Shown: positions 29,823 to 39,805 of the stretch, piece after piece | Layout of the letters: every line of letters starts with the position of its first letter | Numbering within the stretch: the first letter of the stretch is position 1 | Source: Bacteroidota bacterium | Lineage (GTDB): Bacteria; Bacteroidota; Bacteroidia; UKL13-3 | Direction of reading: 5' to 3' | Length of the DNA stretch: 64,000 nt | NCBI GenBank assembly: GCA_947446605.1 | Contig: CANFHJ010000001.1 | Location: forward strand, 2,071 to 66,070 | The notes under the pieces: model-generated | What the model was told of the DNA's origin: nothing | Database searches by the model: none | The model's input: the letters and a program-made list of their open reading frames with translations, nothing else | Program-made: the position numbers and the translations under genes

Positions 29823-32021
29823 TTAAAAGGTAATTTCTACCTGTGGTAATTCTGCTCTAATTCTTTCTTTTTCTTTCTCTCCAAGCGGATTACCTGCCAG
29901 ATTGAGCGTTTTTAATTTGCGTAACCTATAAAGATACGGGGGCAATGAGCCAATATTATTGTTCTCTAAATTGAGCTCTTCAATTTTACTCAAGCCTGTT
30001 ATTGTTCTTGGTAAATACAGTAGTTTGTTATTACTCAAATCTAAACTTACCAATCTTTTTAACTGATGAATTTCTGCAGGGAGTTCTGCAATATTGTTAA
30101 AACTTAAATTCAAAGATTGAATGTTTTTCAGTTGATTTAATCCATCTATGCCTGCTAATAAATTATTGGATGCATTGAGTTTTTTTAGGTAAAACCAATT
30201 GGGATAAAATAAACTTAAACTTTGCAATTGGTTAAAACTTACATCTAAATTTTCTAGGTTTGCTAATTTGGTAAATGTCTTGGGAAGTGCCGTTAATTGG
30301 TTGTTGGAAAGGTTTATGTCCTTTAGTAATTCGAGTTGTTTTACATTATTTGGAATAGATTTTAATTTGTTTTTGCTAAGATTTAAGGTCAACAAATTTC
30401 TCATTTTACTTATTCCAACAGGCCATTTAAGCAAATCCATTTCTTTTAATTCCAATTGCCTTACCTTGTCTTTTTCAATGAAAGCAGAATCGTAATTGGT
30501 ATAGGTTTTAAAAGATTCTTTTCCATATTTTAATTCATAAATAGGGCGTGGAGAACAATTGATTGGACTTATTAAAAAACGCCTGTCTTTGAAATCTTTT
30601 ATTTCGCCAATTCCCGAAGTTTCTAAGCGTAAATTTTCCAGGTCTTGCTCTAAGGTATAAAGGCCGCCATTGGTAATCTTTGCAAGGTAGGCAAGGTGTG
30701 GATTTACGCCAAATTCTTTGCTGTAGCCACAGACAATGATGCGCACAGGCTTGTTAATTTTAACTGCCAATTCTATATCTCTAATACATGCAAAATTATC
30801 TGCTATCAAAACTATTTCTTGGTGATTGGGAAATCTTTTAATGGATTCTATTATTGCTTCAATATCATTCTCTTGCCTATCACCACCACCACCATTGAGT
30901 CGAACCAAATTAAACAAGTTAATAATTTTAGGAATGTCTGCTGCTTCTGCAGAATAAATGCCGCCTGTTTCACCAATTATTTTATTTGCATTTGTTTTGT
31001 TATCGCCATCATTGAAAAGGCTAATAAATCTAATGCCAGATGTTTTATAATTTAATAAATGCCAATGTACCACCTGGGCGCCATACCCATACATACTGCC
31101 TGTCCAATCGTTTACCACTAAGGCATCTGCCCATTCTGGATGCCTGTCCATTACCTTCCAAACAACGCTGTCTGTAAATGGATTATTCTTTAAAAATTCT
31201 GTTACCTGCCTTTTAAATTGAAACATTTCTAAAGGTGTTCTTTCAGACAATTTGATGGTAGATGGTTTAATAATTTCTTTTTGAAGCTGCTCTTTAATTA
31301 ATTGTTTTTGCACATCTAGTGGTTTGTTTTGAATGGCAGTTCTGGTTTGCTCATCTAACAAGTTAGATTGCTTTATACCTTCAATAGTTTCTGTTAAATC
31401 TTTGATTCCTCCTTGTGTATTTTTGTCGGTTCGAACCGAAACATTGTCTGGCGTTTTTTCTTCTAATGAATCAATTAACAAAGCTTCTTCCTCGGCTGTT
31501 CTATACCAAATAACAACTCCATGGAAAAGGGTATTTACCTGATCGTCGTTTTCAATATGGGTTTGCAGGATGGTGTTCCATGTAAAATTTGGATCGTTTA
31601 AGCTGGCATCTAATTGAAACAAATGAATGAGTCTATTGCAAAGCAAAGGATAGATTTCTTTGTAAATACTATCGTGCAAGGGGTAGCGCGAATAAACAAT
31701 ATCTACCCGGTAGGGGAAAACCGTATCTTGAATATTTGTCCAAAATTTGGGAGCAATAAAATCTGAGCTGCGCAACCCATTTTTAAGAAACACCACATGT
31801 TTGCCTGGTGTAACTTTGTATTCATAAACAAATTTCTCTTTAAATTTGGCTTTAATGCTTGGCCCGTATTTTTTTGGATTTTGTAATTGGTTTGGGTCAA
31901 AATAGTTTTGGGCAAAAGAACTTAGGTTTGCAATTAAAGTAATGCAAATCAGTAAGATGCGTTTGTTTATGTGTGTAATTTTCACCCTCTCTATTTTGTT
32001 ACCGTATTTTACAATATACAC
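29823..32021 (-). CDS. secreted protein with a vWA-like domain and about 10 C-terminal leucine-rich repeats
   Basis: 732 aa with a signal peptide. A MIDAS-like DWTGSM motif is followed by an alpha/beta region. The C-terminal 230 aa are LxxLxLxxNxL repeats. The start is GTG in the track; the alternative GTG at 31985 gives MKITHINKRILLICITL. Confidence 0.6.
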   Translation of the reverse strand: MYIVKYGNKIERVKITHINKRILLICITLIANLSSFAQNYFDPNQLQNPKKYGPSIKAKFKEKFVYEYKVTPGKHVVFLKNGLRSSDFIAPKFWTNIQDTVFPYRVDIVYSRYPLHDSIYKEIYPLLCNRLIHLFQLDASLNDPNFTWNTILQTHIENDDQVNTLFHGVVIWYRTAEEEALLIDSLEEKTPDNVSVRTDKNTQGGIKDLTETIEGIKQSNLLDEQTRTAIQNKPLDVQKQLIKEQLQKEIIKPSTIKLSERTPLEMFQFKRQVTEFLKNNPFTDSVVWKVMDRHPEWADALVVNDWTGSMYGYGAQVVHWHLLNYKTSGIRFISLFNDGDNKTNANKIIGETGGIYSAEAADIPKIINLFNLVRLNGGGGDRQENDIEAIIESIKRFPNHQEIVLIADNFACIRDIELAVKINKPVRIIVCGYSKEFGVNPHLAYLAKITNGGLYTLEQDLENLRLETSGIGEIKDFKDRRFLISPINCSPRPIYELKYGKESFKTYTNYDSAFIEKDKVRQLELKEMDLLKWPVGISKMRNLLTLNLSKNKLKSIPNNVKQLELLKDINLSNNQLTALPKTFTKLANLENLDVSFNQLQSLSLFYPNWFYLKKLNASNNLLAGIDGLNQLKNIQSLNLSFNNIAELPAEIHQLKRLVSLDLSNNKLLYLPRTITGLSKIEELNLENNNIGSLPPYLYRLRKLKTLNLAGNPLGEKEKERIRAELPQVEITF
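31428..31437. repeat. GGTTCGAACC palindrome, copy 6 (in the LRR protein gene, read V-R-T on the minus strand)
   Basis: Exact 10-mer. Confidence 0.9.
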
Positions 32022-32139
32022 TTAATTTTAAAATCAGGTAAAATGTTTACATAATTTCTTTAGGAAAGCCTCCTTTTTCCTACATTGCATAGCGTTTGTT
32101 GGCACAGCAATACTAACAAATTTAAACCATGACAAATAT

Positions 32140-33792
32140 ATGTCGAATAATTTAAGTGAACTTTCTGGTAGAAAAGGACTAGAAAACAATTTGTTTGAGG
32201 CCCTAGGTGAGCGCGCCAAGCAAGCTGGAACTCCTAATAAAGAAGATATAGAAGCCTTGGCACAAGCTTTCTTATTTGGAGAGGCAAATGTTTATGGTAC
32301 AACAAGTTTTTATGATTTTTTACGACCAGAAAACAAGGGTAAAAAAGTATATGTATGCAATGGCAGTGCTTGTTTAACTTCTGGAAAACAAAAAGATTTA
32401 AAAGATAAATTAAGCCATCATTTTGAAGCCAATGAAATTGGTGAAATGTGTTGTTTAGGTAGATGTCATGAGAATGCTGCCTTTCATGTAAATGGCCATA
32501 ATTATTCGGGTGAGGCAATTGCGCATATAGATGAAATAAAAAAAGAAAGTTATCCCTTTCAAGAAAATTATTTTGTAGGAGCTTTGGGTAAACAGATTCT
32601 TACGGCTAATTTTCCTGGCATTGATGCCTATTACAAAATTTTAGAAAAAGCTTTAAAGCAAACACCAGACGCTTTATTAGCAGAATTAAAAACAGCTGGT
32701 TTGCGTGGACGTGGGGGTGCTGGTTTTCCAATTGGTTTCAAATTAGAATCGGCAAAAAACACCGCCAGTGAGCAAAAGTTTATTGTTTGTAACGCAGATG
32801 AGGGCGATCCAGGAGCCTATAGCGACAGGTATTTGTTAGAACATCAAATTCATTCTGTTTTACTCGGAATGATTATTGGTGGCTATATAATGGGAGCCAA
32901 TTTTGGGGTTTTATACATTCGTGCAGAATACCCAGAATCTATTAAAAATGCACATGATGCCATAGCACAAATTAAGGAGAAAGTTTTCTTAGGTAAAAAT
33001 ATTTTAGGTTCAGGATTTCAATTTGATTTTAAAGTAATTTCTGCGCAAGGTGCTTATATCTGTGGTGAAGAAACCGCTTTACTTTCTAGTATTGAAGGCC
33101 AACGGCCAGAGGTACGTGTTAGGCCGCCTTATCCAACGCAGCATGGTTTGTTTAATAAGCCAACTGTGGTAAATAATGTGGAAACACTTGCCAATATTCC
33201 TTTCATAATTTCTGAAGGTGGAGCAGCGTTTGCGTCTTTAGGTAAAGGAAAATCTACGGGTACCAAATTGGTTTCATTAGATGGTTTTTTTAATAGACCA
33301 GGTATCTATGAGGTTGAAATGGGAACGCCATTAAAATTAGTAATAGAAGAATTGGGACAAGGATTTAAATCTCCTGTGAAGGCTATGCATATTGGTGGCC
33401 CACTAGGAGGATTGGTGCCGCTTTCAAAAATTGACAGTTTAAGTATAGATTTTGAAACCTTTGCCGCAGAGAAATTTTTATTGGGACATGCGTCGGTGGT
33501 TTGTTTACCCAAATACTTTCCAATTATAGATTATATGGAACATTTGTTTCAATTTACAGCACATGAAAGTTGTGGCAAATGTTTTCCATGCAGACTTGGT
33601 TCAACCCGAGGCCATGAATTAATTGCAGGTGCAAAAAACGATGGACCAAAAATAGACAGGGACCTTTTTGACGATTTAATTGAAACCATGGAGATTGGCT
33701 CGCTATGTGCACTTGGAGGCGGCTTGCCATTGCCAATTAGAAATGCATTGCAGTATTTTCCAGAAGAATTGAACCCTTATTTTAAAGCATAA
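32140..33792 (+). CDS. NAD(H)-binding FMN/Fe-S subunit, NuoE-NuoF fusion type (formate dehydrogenase beta / FdsB-like)
   Basis: 550 aa. An N-terminal thioredoxin-like [2Fe-2S] module (CNGSAC...CLGRC) is followed by a NuoF-like flavoprotein with FMN/NAD motifs (GRGGAGFP) and a 4Fe-4S motif (ESCGKCFPCRLG). Confidence 0.75.
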   Translation: MSNNLSELSGRKGLENNLFEALGERAKQAGTPNKEDIEALAQAFLFGEANVYGTTSFYDFLRPENKGKKVYVCNGSACLTSGKQKDLKDKLSHHFEANEIGEMCCLGRCHENAAFHVNGHNYSGEAIAHIDEIKKESYPFQENYFVGALGKQILTANFPGIDAYYKILEKALKQTPDALLAELKTAGLRGRGGAGFPIGFKLESAKNTASEQKFIVCNADEGDPGAYSDRYLLEHQIHSVLLGMIIGGYIMGANFGVLYIRAEYPESIKNAHDAIAQIKEKVFLGKNILGSGFQFDFKVISAQGAYICGEETALLSSIEGQRPEVRVRPPYPTQHGLFNKPTVVNNVETLANIPFIISEGGAAFASLGKGKSTGTKLVSLDGFFNRPGIYEVEMGTPLKLVIEELGQGFKSPVKAMHIGGPLGGLVPLSKIDSLSIDFETFAAEKFLLGHASVVCLPKYFPIIDYMEHLFQFTAHESCGKCFPCRLGSTRGHELIAGAKNDGPKIDRDLFDDLIETMEIGSLCALGGGLPLPIRNALQYFPEELNPYFKA

Positions 33793-33802
33793 AAAAAGAA
33801 GT

Positions 33803-36544
33803 ATGAGTCAGATTGCCTATATAGACAACGAAGCTTTTGAAATACAAGATGGGGAGACCATTCTTGCTTTTGTTCGCAGAATAAAAGGAAAAAATTTAGT
33901 TCCAACATTGTGTGATGCACCCAATTTAGATCCGTTTGGCTCTTGTCGTGTGTGCAGTGTAGACGTGGCATTGGCGGAGAACGGGCCAGTGAAAACACAA
34001 GCATCTTGTCATACCCCTGTGATGCCAAACTCTTTTATTTATCCAAGCTCTGATCGCGTATTGAAGCTTAGAAAAAATATTGTAGAGTTGGTGCTTACAG
34101 ATCATCCATTGGATTGTTTAACCTGTGAAGTAAATAATAATTGCGAACTACAATCAGTGGCAGCACAAGTGGGCGTGCGCGATGTACGCTATCCTGCAGG
34201 CAAGAACCATTTAGATAGAAAAAAAGATTTAAGTCATCCTTATATGACATCAGATTTTTCTAAATGTATCAATTGTTTTAGGTGTGTGCGTGCTTGTGAT
34301 GAGGTGCAAGGACAATTTGTATTGAGTATGGCCGGTAGAGGTTTTGATAGCCATATTGTAAAAGGACAAGAAACAACATTTAATGAATCTGCTTGTGTAA
34401 GCTGTGGTGCTTGTGCACAGGCTTGTCCAACCTCCGCCATTAGTGATGTGTACGAATCAAAATCAATAGTAGCAGATAAAAAAATAAGAACAATTTGTAC
34501 CTATTGTGGGGTGGGTTGTAATTTAGAAGTATCTGTAAAATCTGGTAGTATTAAGTCGATCCAAGCGCCGTATAATGCGGAGGTAAACCAAGGGCATACT
34601 TGTTTGAAAGGACGATTTGCTTTTGCATTTTACAAGCATCCTGATAGAATAAAAACACCATTGATAAGGCGCAATGGACAGTTAGAACCTGCAACTTGGG
34701 ATGAGGCCTACGATTTTATTTCAAGTAAATTAACGGAGATATTAAAGAAAAACGGACCAGATTCATTTGCAGCCATTTCCTCGGCACGTTGCACCAATGA
34801 AGAAAATTATTTGATGCAAAAATTCACGCGTGCAGTTGTGGGTACAAATAATATTGATTGTTGTGCAAGGGTTTGTCATTCGCCAACTGCCTTAGGAATG
34901 CAAAGGGCATTTGGAACAGGCGCTGCAACAAATTCTATTATAGACTTAAAGTATACAGATTGCATCATGGTTATTGGAGCAAACCCAACTGATGCGCATC
35001 CAGTAACAGGAGCTAAATTGAAGCAGTTTGCTATGAAGGGCAAACCAAGTATTGTTATAGACCCTCGTAAAATAGAGCTGGCAAAATATGCTACTTATCA
35101 TTTGCAATTGAAGCCTGGAACAAATGTGGCTTTGTTAAATATGATGTTGTATTATATCATTTCGGATGGTTTGGCGGATAAGGAATTCATTGCAAATAGT
35201 ACAGAAGGTTATGATGATTTTGCTGCTCAGATACAACAATTGAATATAGATGAATTAGCAGCTATAACTGGCGTTGACAAGGAATTGGTTCGCGCCGCAT
35301 CCCATGCCTATGCCAAGGCAAAAAATGCCATGTCGTTTCACGGATTGGGTGTAACAGAACATTCCCAAGGATCGTTTACCGTAATGCTAATTTCTGATTT
35401 GGCAATGATTACTGGAAACATAGGTAGAAGAGGTGTTGGCGTAAATCCATTGCGCGGACAAAACAACGTACAAGGTGCAGCAGATATGGGTTGTCAGCCA
35501 CATCAAGGTGCAGGTTATTTGGATGCTTATGATCCAGAAATAAATAAGAAATACGAAACGTTTTACCAAACAAAAATACCGTTTAGCAAGGGATTGAAAA
35601 TTCCGGAAATGTTTGAAGCTTCTATAGCAGGAAATTTAAAAGCAATGTGGTTAATGGGAGAGGATGTGGTTCAAACCGATCCTAATACCAATAAAGTAAT
35701 TGCAGCCATGGAGCATTTGGAATTATTGGTGGTGCAAGAATTGTTTATGACAGAAACAGCAAAATATGCTACTGTTATTTTGCCTGGTGCATCTTTCCTA
35801 GAGAAGAGTGGAACTTTTACCAATGGTGAACGCCGCATACAAAAGGTACAACAAGTGGTAGAACCATTGCCTGGTACAAAAACAGATGGGCAGATTTTGG
35901 TGGATATCATGAATAAAATGGGTTATACCCAAGCGCCTTATGATGCCAATGAAATGTTAAAGGAGATATCTCAAATTGTACCATTTTTTGCTGGCGTTAA
36001 ATGGGACGAGCTTGGTGAGAATGGCAAACAATGGCCTGTAAAAGCAGATGGCAAAGGAACAGAAATTTTGCATTTAGATGGCGCTTTCAATAGAGGCAAA
36101 GGCAAGTTTCATTATTTTGATTGGAAAGAATCTGGTGAGATTAGAAAGAATGGGGAGGAGTATCCATATATTATAACAACCAATAGGGAATTGGAACATT
36201 ATAATTCTGGTACCATGACCAGGCGAACCAATAATGTTAAGATATTAACAGAGGATGTTTTGTTGATTCATCCAAATGATGCTGCCAAGAATTTGATAAA
36301 GGATGGTGAATTTGTTTGTGTAGAATCGCCAAGGGGCAAGGTAGATATTAAGGCCAAGGTTTCTGATGAAGTGCGCGAAGGTATTTTAAGTACTACCTTT
36401 CATTTTCCTGAATTGATGCTCAATATAATTACCAGCGATGAACATGATTCGGAGGCATTGTGCCCAGAATATAAAGTAGTTTCTGTGAAAATTAGAAAGA
36501 GCAAAGGAGAGTATAAAAATAAACCCCAAGTCAGTTTGGCTTAG
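33803..36544 (+). CDS. formate dehydrogenase catalytic (alpha) subunit, Mo-bisPGD family, Cys-type
   Basis: 913 aa. It has an N-terminal 2Fe-2S, a NuoG-like 4Fe-4S, 2x[4Fe-4S] ferredoxin motifs (CVSCGACAQACP), an MopB domain (CTYCGVGCNLEV) and the active-site CARVCHSP with Cys at the Sec/Cys position. No in-frame TGA. Confidence 0.8.
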   Translation: MSQIAYIDNEAFEIQDGETILAFVRRIKGKNLVPTLCDAPNLDPFGSCRVCSVDVALAENGPVKTQASCHTPVMPNSFIYPSSDRVLKLRKNIVELVLTDHPLDCLTCEVNNNCELQSVAAQVGVRDVRYPAGKNHLDRKKDLSHPYMTSDFSKCINCFRCVRACDEVQGQFVLSMAGRGFDSHIVKGQETTFNESACVSCGACAQACPTSAISDVYESKSIVADKKIRTICTYCGVGCNLEVSVKSGSIKSIQAPYNAEVNQGHTCLKGRFAFAFYKHPDRIKTPLIRRNGQLEPATWDEAYDFISSKLTEILKKNGPDSFAAISSARCTNEENYLMQKFTRAVVGTNNIDCCARVCHSPTALGMQRAFGTGAATNSIIDLKYTDCIMVIGANPTDAHPVTGAKLKQFAMKGKPSIVIDPRKIELAKYATYHLQLKPGTNVALLNMMLYYIISDGLADKEFIANSTEGYDDFAAQIQQLNIDELAAITGVDKELVRAASHAYAKAKNAMSFHGLGVTEHSQGSFTVMLISDLAMITGNIGRRGVGVNPLRGQNNVQGAADMGCQPHQGAGYLDAYDPEINKKYETFYQTKIPFSKGLKIPEMFEASIAGNLKAMWLMGEDVVQTDPNTNKVIAAMEHLELLVVQELFMTETAKYATVILPGASFLEKSGTFTNGERRIQKVQQVVEPLPGTKTDGQILVDIMNKMGYTQAPYDANEMLKEISQIVPFFAGVKWDELGENGKQWPVKADGKGTEILHLDGAFNRGKGKFHYFDWKESGEIRKNGEEYPYIITTNRELEHYNSGTMTRRTNNVKILTEDVLLIHPNDAAKNLIKDGEFVCVESPRGKVDIKAKVSDEVREGILSTTFHFPELMLNIITSDEHDSEALCPEYKVVSVKIRKSKGEYKNKPQVSLA

Positions 36545-36559
36545 GGTTTATTTGAGTTT

Positions 36560-36937
36560 TTATTTTACAAATCCGTAGAGAGGCGCCATAGCAGGACTAG
36601 AAAAAACCTGCAATTGAATGCCATTAGCGATGGTATCAATTGGCGTGATTTTAAAGTACACCACCGTGTTATTATCCCAAACAAGCGAGGTGTCGCTAGT
36701 TTGTTTGTAGGAGCCATAGCAGAAATTGCTATCAAGACCAAAGATTACTCTTGTCCAGCAATAGTTTCCATCTTCTTTTAGATTTAAAATTTTATAACCA
36801 TCATTGGTAAGGGAACTGTCGCGGTAATATTTTCCTGATAGTTTATAATGGATTGGCAGACCTTCAACCTTATCATCTTTTTTACAGGCAGTAAAAAAAA
36901 CACTTGTACTTAATAACAGAAAAAGAATAATGCGCAT
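36560..36937 (-). CDS. small lipoprotein, unknown function
   Basis: Start at the internal ATG (MRIILFLLLSTSVFFTAC), which has a lipobox. The track start is TTG. Confidence 0.4.
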   Translation of the reverse strand: MRIILFLLLSTSVFFTACKKDDKVEGLPIHYKLSGKYYRDSSLTNDGYKILNLKEDGNYCWTRVIFGLDSNFCYGSYKQTSDTSLVWDNNTVVYFKITPIDTIANGIQLQVFSSPAMAPLYGFVK

Positions 36938-37004
36938 AAGAATATTTTTTAGCAAGTAAACAAAAAACTGCTGATTTGCGCCAATTTATTTTTTGTTTTA
37001 CTGC

Positions 37005-37772
37005 CTAAGGTTGCACAGCAACTACGATAGCTGCCATAAGCGCTAAAAGGAAAATCTTAAATATTATGGAGGATGCTTCTTCTGCATTTTGTGTTCTGGT
37101 ATATTGACGGGAATTTTCCGCAGGGAATTTGACAGCAAATTGTTGTTTGGCTAATGTGTCAATTTTTTGGAAGGTGTTTCCAGCCAAATGGGAGGCAATA
37201 GAATTGGTTGTTTTGGAAGAGTTAGGGATTTCACGGTATAAATAGGTGGAAGCACTTTGGAAGCCATTTCCACTAAATCCTGCTCTGTCGGCCATTTTTA
37301 TAGGGATGGTTTCAAATTCATTAAAGGTACTGTAATTGCTGTAGAAAATTTGTTTTGGACTATTTTTTTCTGAGCACATGAGGGTAGTATTCAGTTTGCT
37401 AATTTGGAGTGTATCTCCATTATAAGGGTATGGTTGCGGTTCTGTTTTTTTGATATCTATAAGGCAATTTTCTAGGTTGATATTTATTAACTGTGTTTTT
37501 GAATCTAATTTATAGCCACTCATGAAAAGTTTATTGAAGAGGCTTTGGGTATAAAGTTCATCAAAATTGTCTAATTGTTTATTGATAGAATCCTTAAACA
37601 AATAGGCACCATCATATTGATAATTTATATTGGTATTGTTAAGGTTAACGCCAATATCGGAGCGAAAATGTTCGAAGCCAGTTTCTTTCACAACAGTGCA
37701 AGCATTAAGAAAGAAACTGCAAATACAAACGAATTGTAGAGTTGATTTTCTGAATTCAAATGGTGCTATCAT
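37005..37772 (-). CDS. lipoprotein, unknown function
   Basis: 255 aa with an N-terminal FLNAC lipobox-like signal and a C-terminal TM/hydrophobic tail. Confidence 0.4.
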   Translation of the reverse strand: MIAPFEFRKSTLQFVCICSFFLNACTVVKETGFEHFRSDIGVNLNNTNINYQYDGAYLFKDSINKQLDNFDELYTQSLFNKLFMSGYKLDSKTQLININLENCLIDIKKTEPQPYPYNGDTLQISKLNTTLMCSEKNSPKQIFYSNYSTFNEFETIPIKMADRAGFSGNGFQSASTYLYREIPNSSKTTNSIASHLAGNTFQKIDTLAKQQFAVKFPAENSRQYTRTQNAEEASSIIFKIFLLALMAAIVVAVQP

Positions 37773-37873
37773 AATGCAGATTTATGGGTGTAAAGGTAAT
37801 TAGACAATTATCAGGCCAAAATTATTTTCATTATTTCCTGCGATTAATGTAGATTGCAAGCTCAATAAATAGT

Positions 37874-39799
37874 ATGAATATTACATTACCAGACGGTTCC
37901 GTTCGTTCGTATGAACGGGGCACCACCGCCTTAGAAATTGCGAAGTCTATCAGTGAAGGATTGGCACGCAATGTTCTTACCGGCAAATTAAACGGCCGCG
38001 TGATTGAATTGTTGGAACCTTTAGACGAGGATGGTTCACTTACCTTGTACACATGGGACAGCAAAGAAGGCAAAAATGCATTTTGGCATTCCTCTGCACA
38101 CGTTTTGGCGCAAGCCATCGAATTCTTTTATCCAAATGTGAATCTTACCATTGGTCCTGCCATTGAGAATGGGTTTTACTATGATATAGATTTTAATGGT
38201 GCAGCATTTTCTGAAAAAGAATTCAAGAAAATTGAAGACAAGATGTTGGAATTTGCCCGTGAAAAGGCTGATTTCCAAAAGAAGGCCATAAGCAAAACAG
38301 ATGCATTGGCTTATTACAGTGAGCGCAATAATCCATTTAAGGTTGAATTAATTGAAAACTTAAATGATGGTGAAATAACCTTCTGCACGCACAGCAATTT
38401 CTCTGATTTATGTCGTGGAGGACATATTCCCAATACAGGCTTTATTAAGGCTGTAAAGTTAATGACAGTTGCAGGTGCTTACTGGCGTGGTAGTGAGAAA
38501 AACCCCCAATTGACTAGGGTTTATGGAATATCCTTTCCTAAGCAAGGCGAATTAACAGATTACCTGAACATGTTGGAGGAAGCCAAAAAGCGCGACCACC
38601 GCAAGTTGGGTAAGGAATTAGAGATATTTACTTTTGACGATGATATTGGGCCAGGCTTACCTTTATGGTTGCCCAATGGCGGTGCTATTATTGAGTTATT
38701 GGAAACTTTTGCCAAGAAAACAGAGGCAGATGCTGGCTATGTGAGGGTAAAATCGCCACATATTGCCAAGGAGAGTTTGTATTTGAAGAGTGGGCATTTG
38801 CCGTATTACAAAGACAGTATGTTTCCGCCTATGGAAATGGATGGTGACAAATACTATTTGAAGGCAATGAATTGCCCGCATCACCATAAGATTTTTGCAG
38901 CTACTCCAAAGAGTTACCGTGATTTGCCATTGCGTTTTGCGGAGTATGGGACTTGTTACCGTTATGAGCAAAGTGGGGAATTATTTGGCTTGATGCGCGT
39001 GCGCAGTTTGCAAATGAACGATGCCCATATTTATTGTACCGAGGCGCAATTTGAGGCCGAGTTTAAAAGTGTAAACGATTTGTATTTAAAATATTTCCAG
39101 GTTTTTGGAATTGATAAGTATGTGATGCGCTTCTCTAAGCATGATCCAGCAAAATTGGGTCAGAAATACATTAACGAACCAGAACTTTGGTTGAAAACTG
39201 AAGCAATGGTGAGGAAAGTATTGGTAAACCTAGGATTAAATTTTGTGGAAGTAGAGGATGAGGCAGCGTTTTATGGTCCTAAGATTGATATTCAGATTTA
39301 TTCTGCCATTGGCAGGGAGTTTACATTGGCCACAAACCAAGTAGATTTTGCGCAAGCGGATAGGTTCGACCTTTATTTTACCAATGAAAAGAACGAAAAA
39401 GAGCGCCCATTGATTATTCACAGGGCGCCTTTGAGCACACATGAACGCTTTATTGGCTTTTTATTAGAACATTACGCAGGAAATCTGCCAGCTTGGTTAT
39501 CGCCCAAACAGGTGAGCATCTTGCCAATTAGTGATAAGTATGTTCCTTATGCTCAAAAACTTGTTGAATTGATGAAAATAAACGATATTCGCGCCCTGCT
39601 TGATGACAGGAACGAGAAAATCGGCAAGAAAATAAGGGATGCAGAAATGAAAAAAATCCCATTCATGTTGGTAGTAGGGGAGAATGAAATGCAGGAAGAG
39701 AGCGTTTCCTTAAGGAAGCACGGTGAAGGAGATTTAGGAAAAATGGCATCAGCAGAATTTGTGAATTATTTTAAAGATCAACTAACAGTAAAAATATAA
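37874..39799 (+). CDS. thrS: threonine--tRNA ligase
   Basis: 641 aa with a TGS domain, the editing domain, class II core motifs and an anticodon-binding domain. Confidence 0.95.
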   Translation: MNITLPDGSVRSYERGTTALEIAKSISEGLARNVLTGKLNGRVIELLEPLDEDGSLTLYTWDSKEGKNAFWHSSAHVLAQAIEFFYPNVNLTIGPAIENGFYYDIDFNGAAFSEKEFKKIEDKMLEFAREKADFQKKAISKTDALAYYSERNNPFKVELIENLNDGEITFCTHSNFSDLCRGGHIPNTGFIKAVKLMTVAGAYWRGSEKNPQLTRVYGISFPKQGELTDYLNMLEEAKKRDHRKLGKELEIFTFDDDIGPGLPLWLPNGGAIIELLETFAKKTEADAGYVRVKSPHIAKESLYLKSGHLPYYKDSMFPPMEMDGDKYYLKAMNCPHHHKIFAATPKSYRDLPLRFAEYGTCYRYEQSGELFGLMRVRSLQMNDAHIYCTEAQFEAEFKSVNDLYLKYFQVFGIDKYVMRFSKHDPAKLGQKYINEPELWLKTEAMVRKVLVNLGLNFVEVEDEAAFYGPKIDIQIYSAIGREFTLATNQVDFAQADRFDLYFTNEKNEKERPLIIHRAPLSTHERFIGFLLEHYAGNLPAWLSPKQVSILPISDKYVPYAQKLVELMKINDIRALLDDRNEKIGKKIRDAEMKKIPFMLVVGENEMQEESVSLRKHGEGDLGKMASAEFVNYFKDQLTVKI

Positions 39800-39805
39800 G
39801 TTTCT

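Noticed and set aside
26422-32030. Integrated mobile element at the tRNA-Val 3' end
   Set aside because: Partial tRNA direct repeats are present, but no integrase, excisionase, transposase or conjugation gene is visible anywhere in the flanking 6 kb. This is kept only as a low-confidence accessory patch.
34850-34880. Selenocysteine (in-frame TGA) in the formate dehydrogenase catalytic subunit
   Set aside because: The active-site position is encoded by a Cys codon (CARVCHSP). The ORF is uninterrupted and no SECIS-like context is needed.
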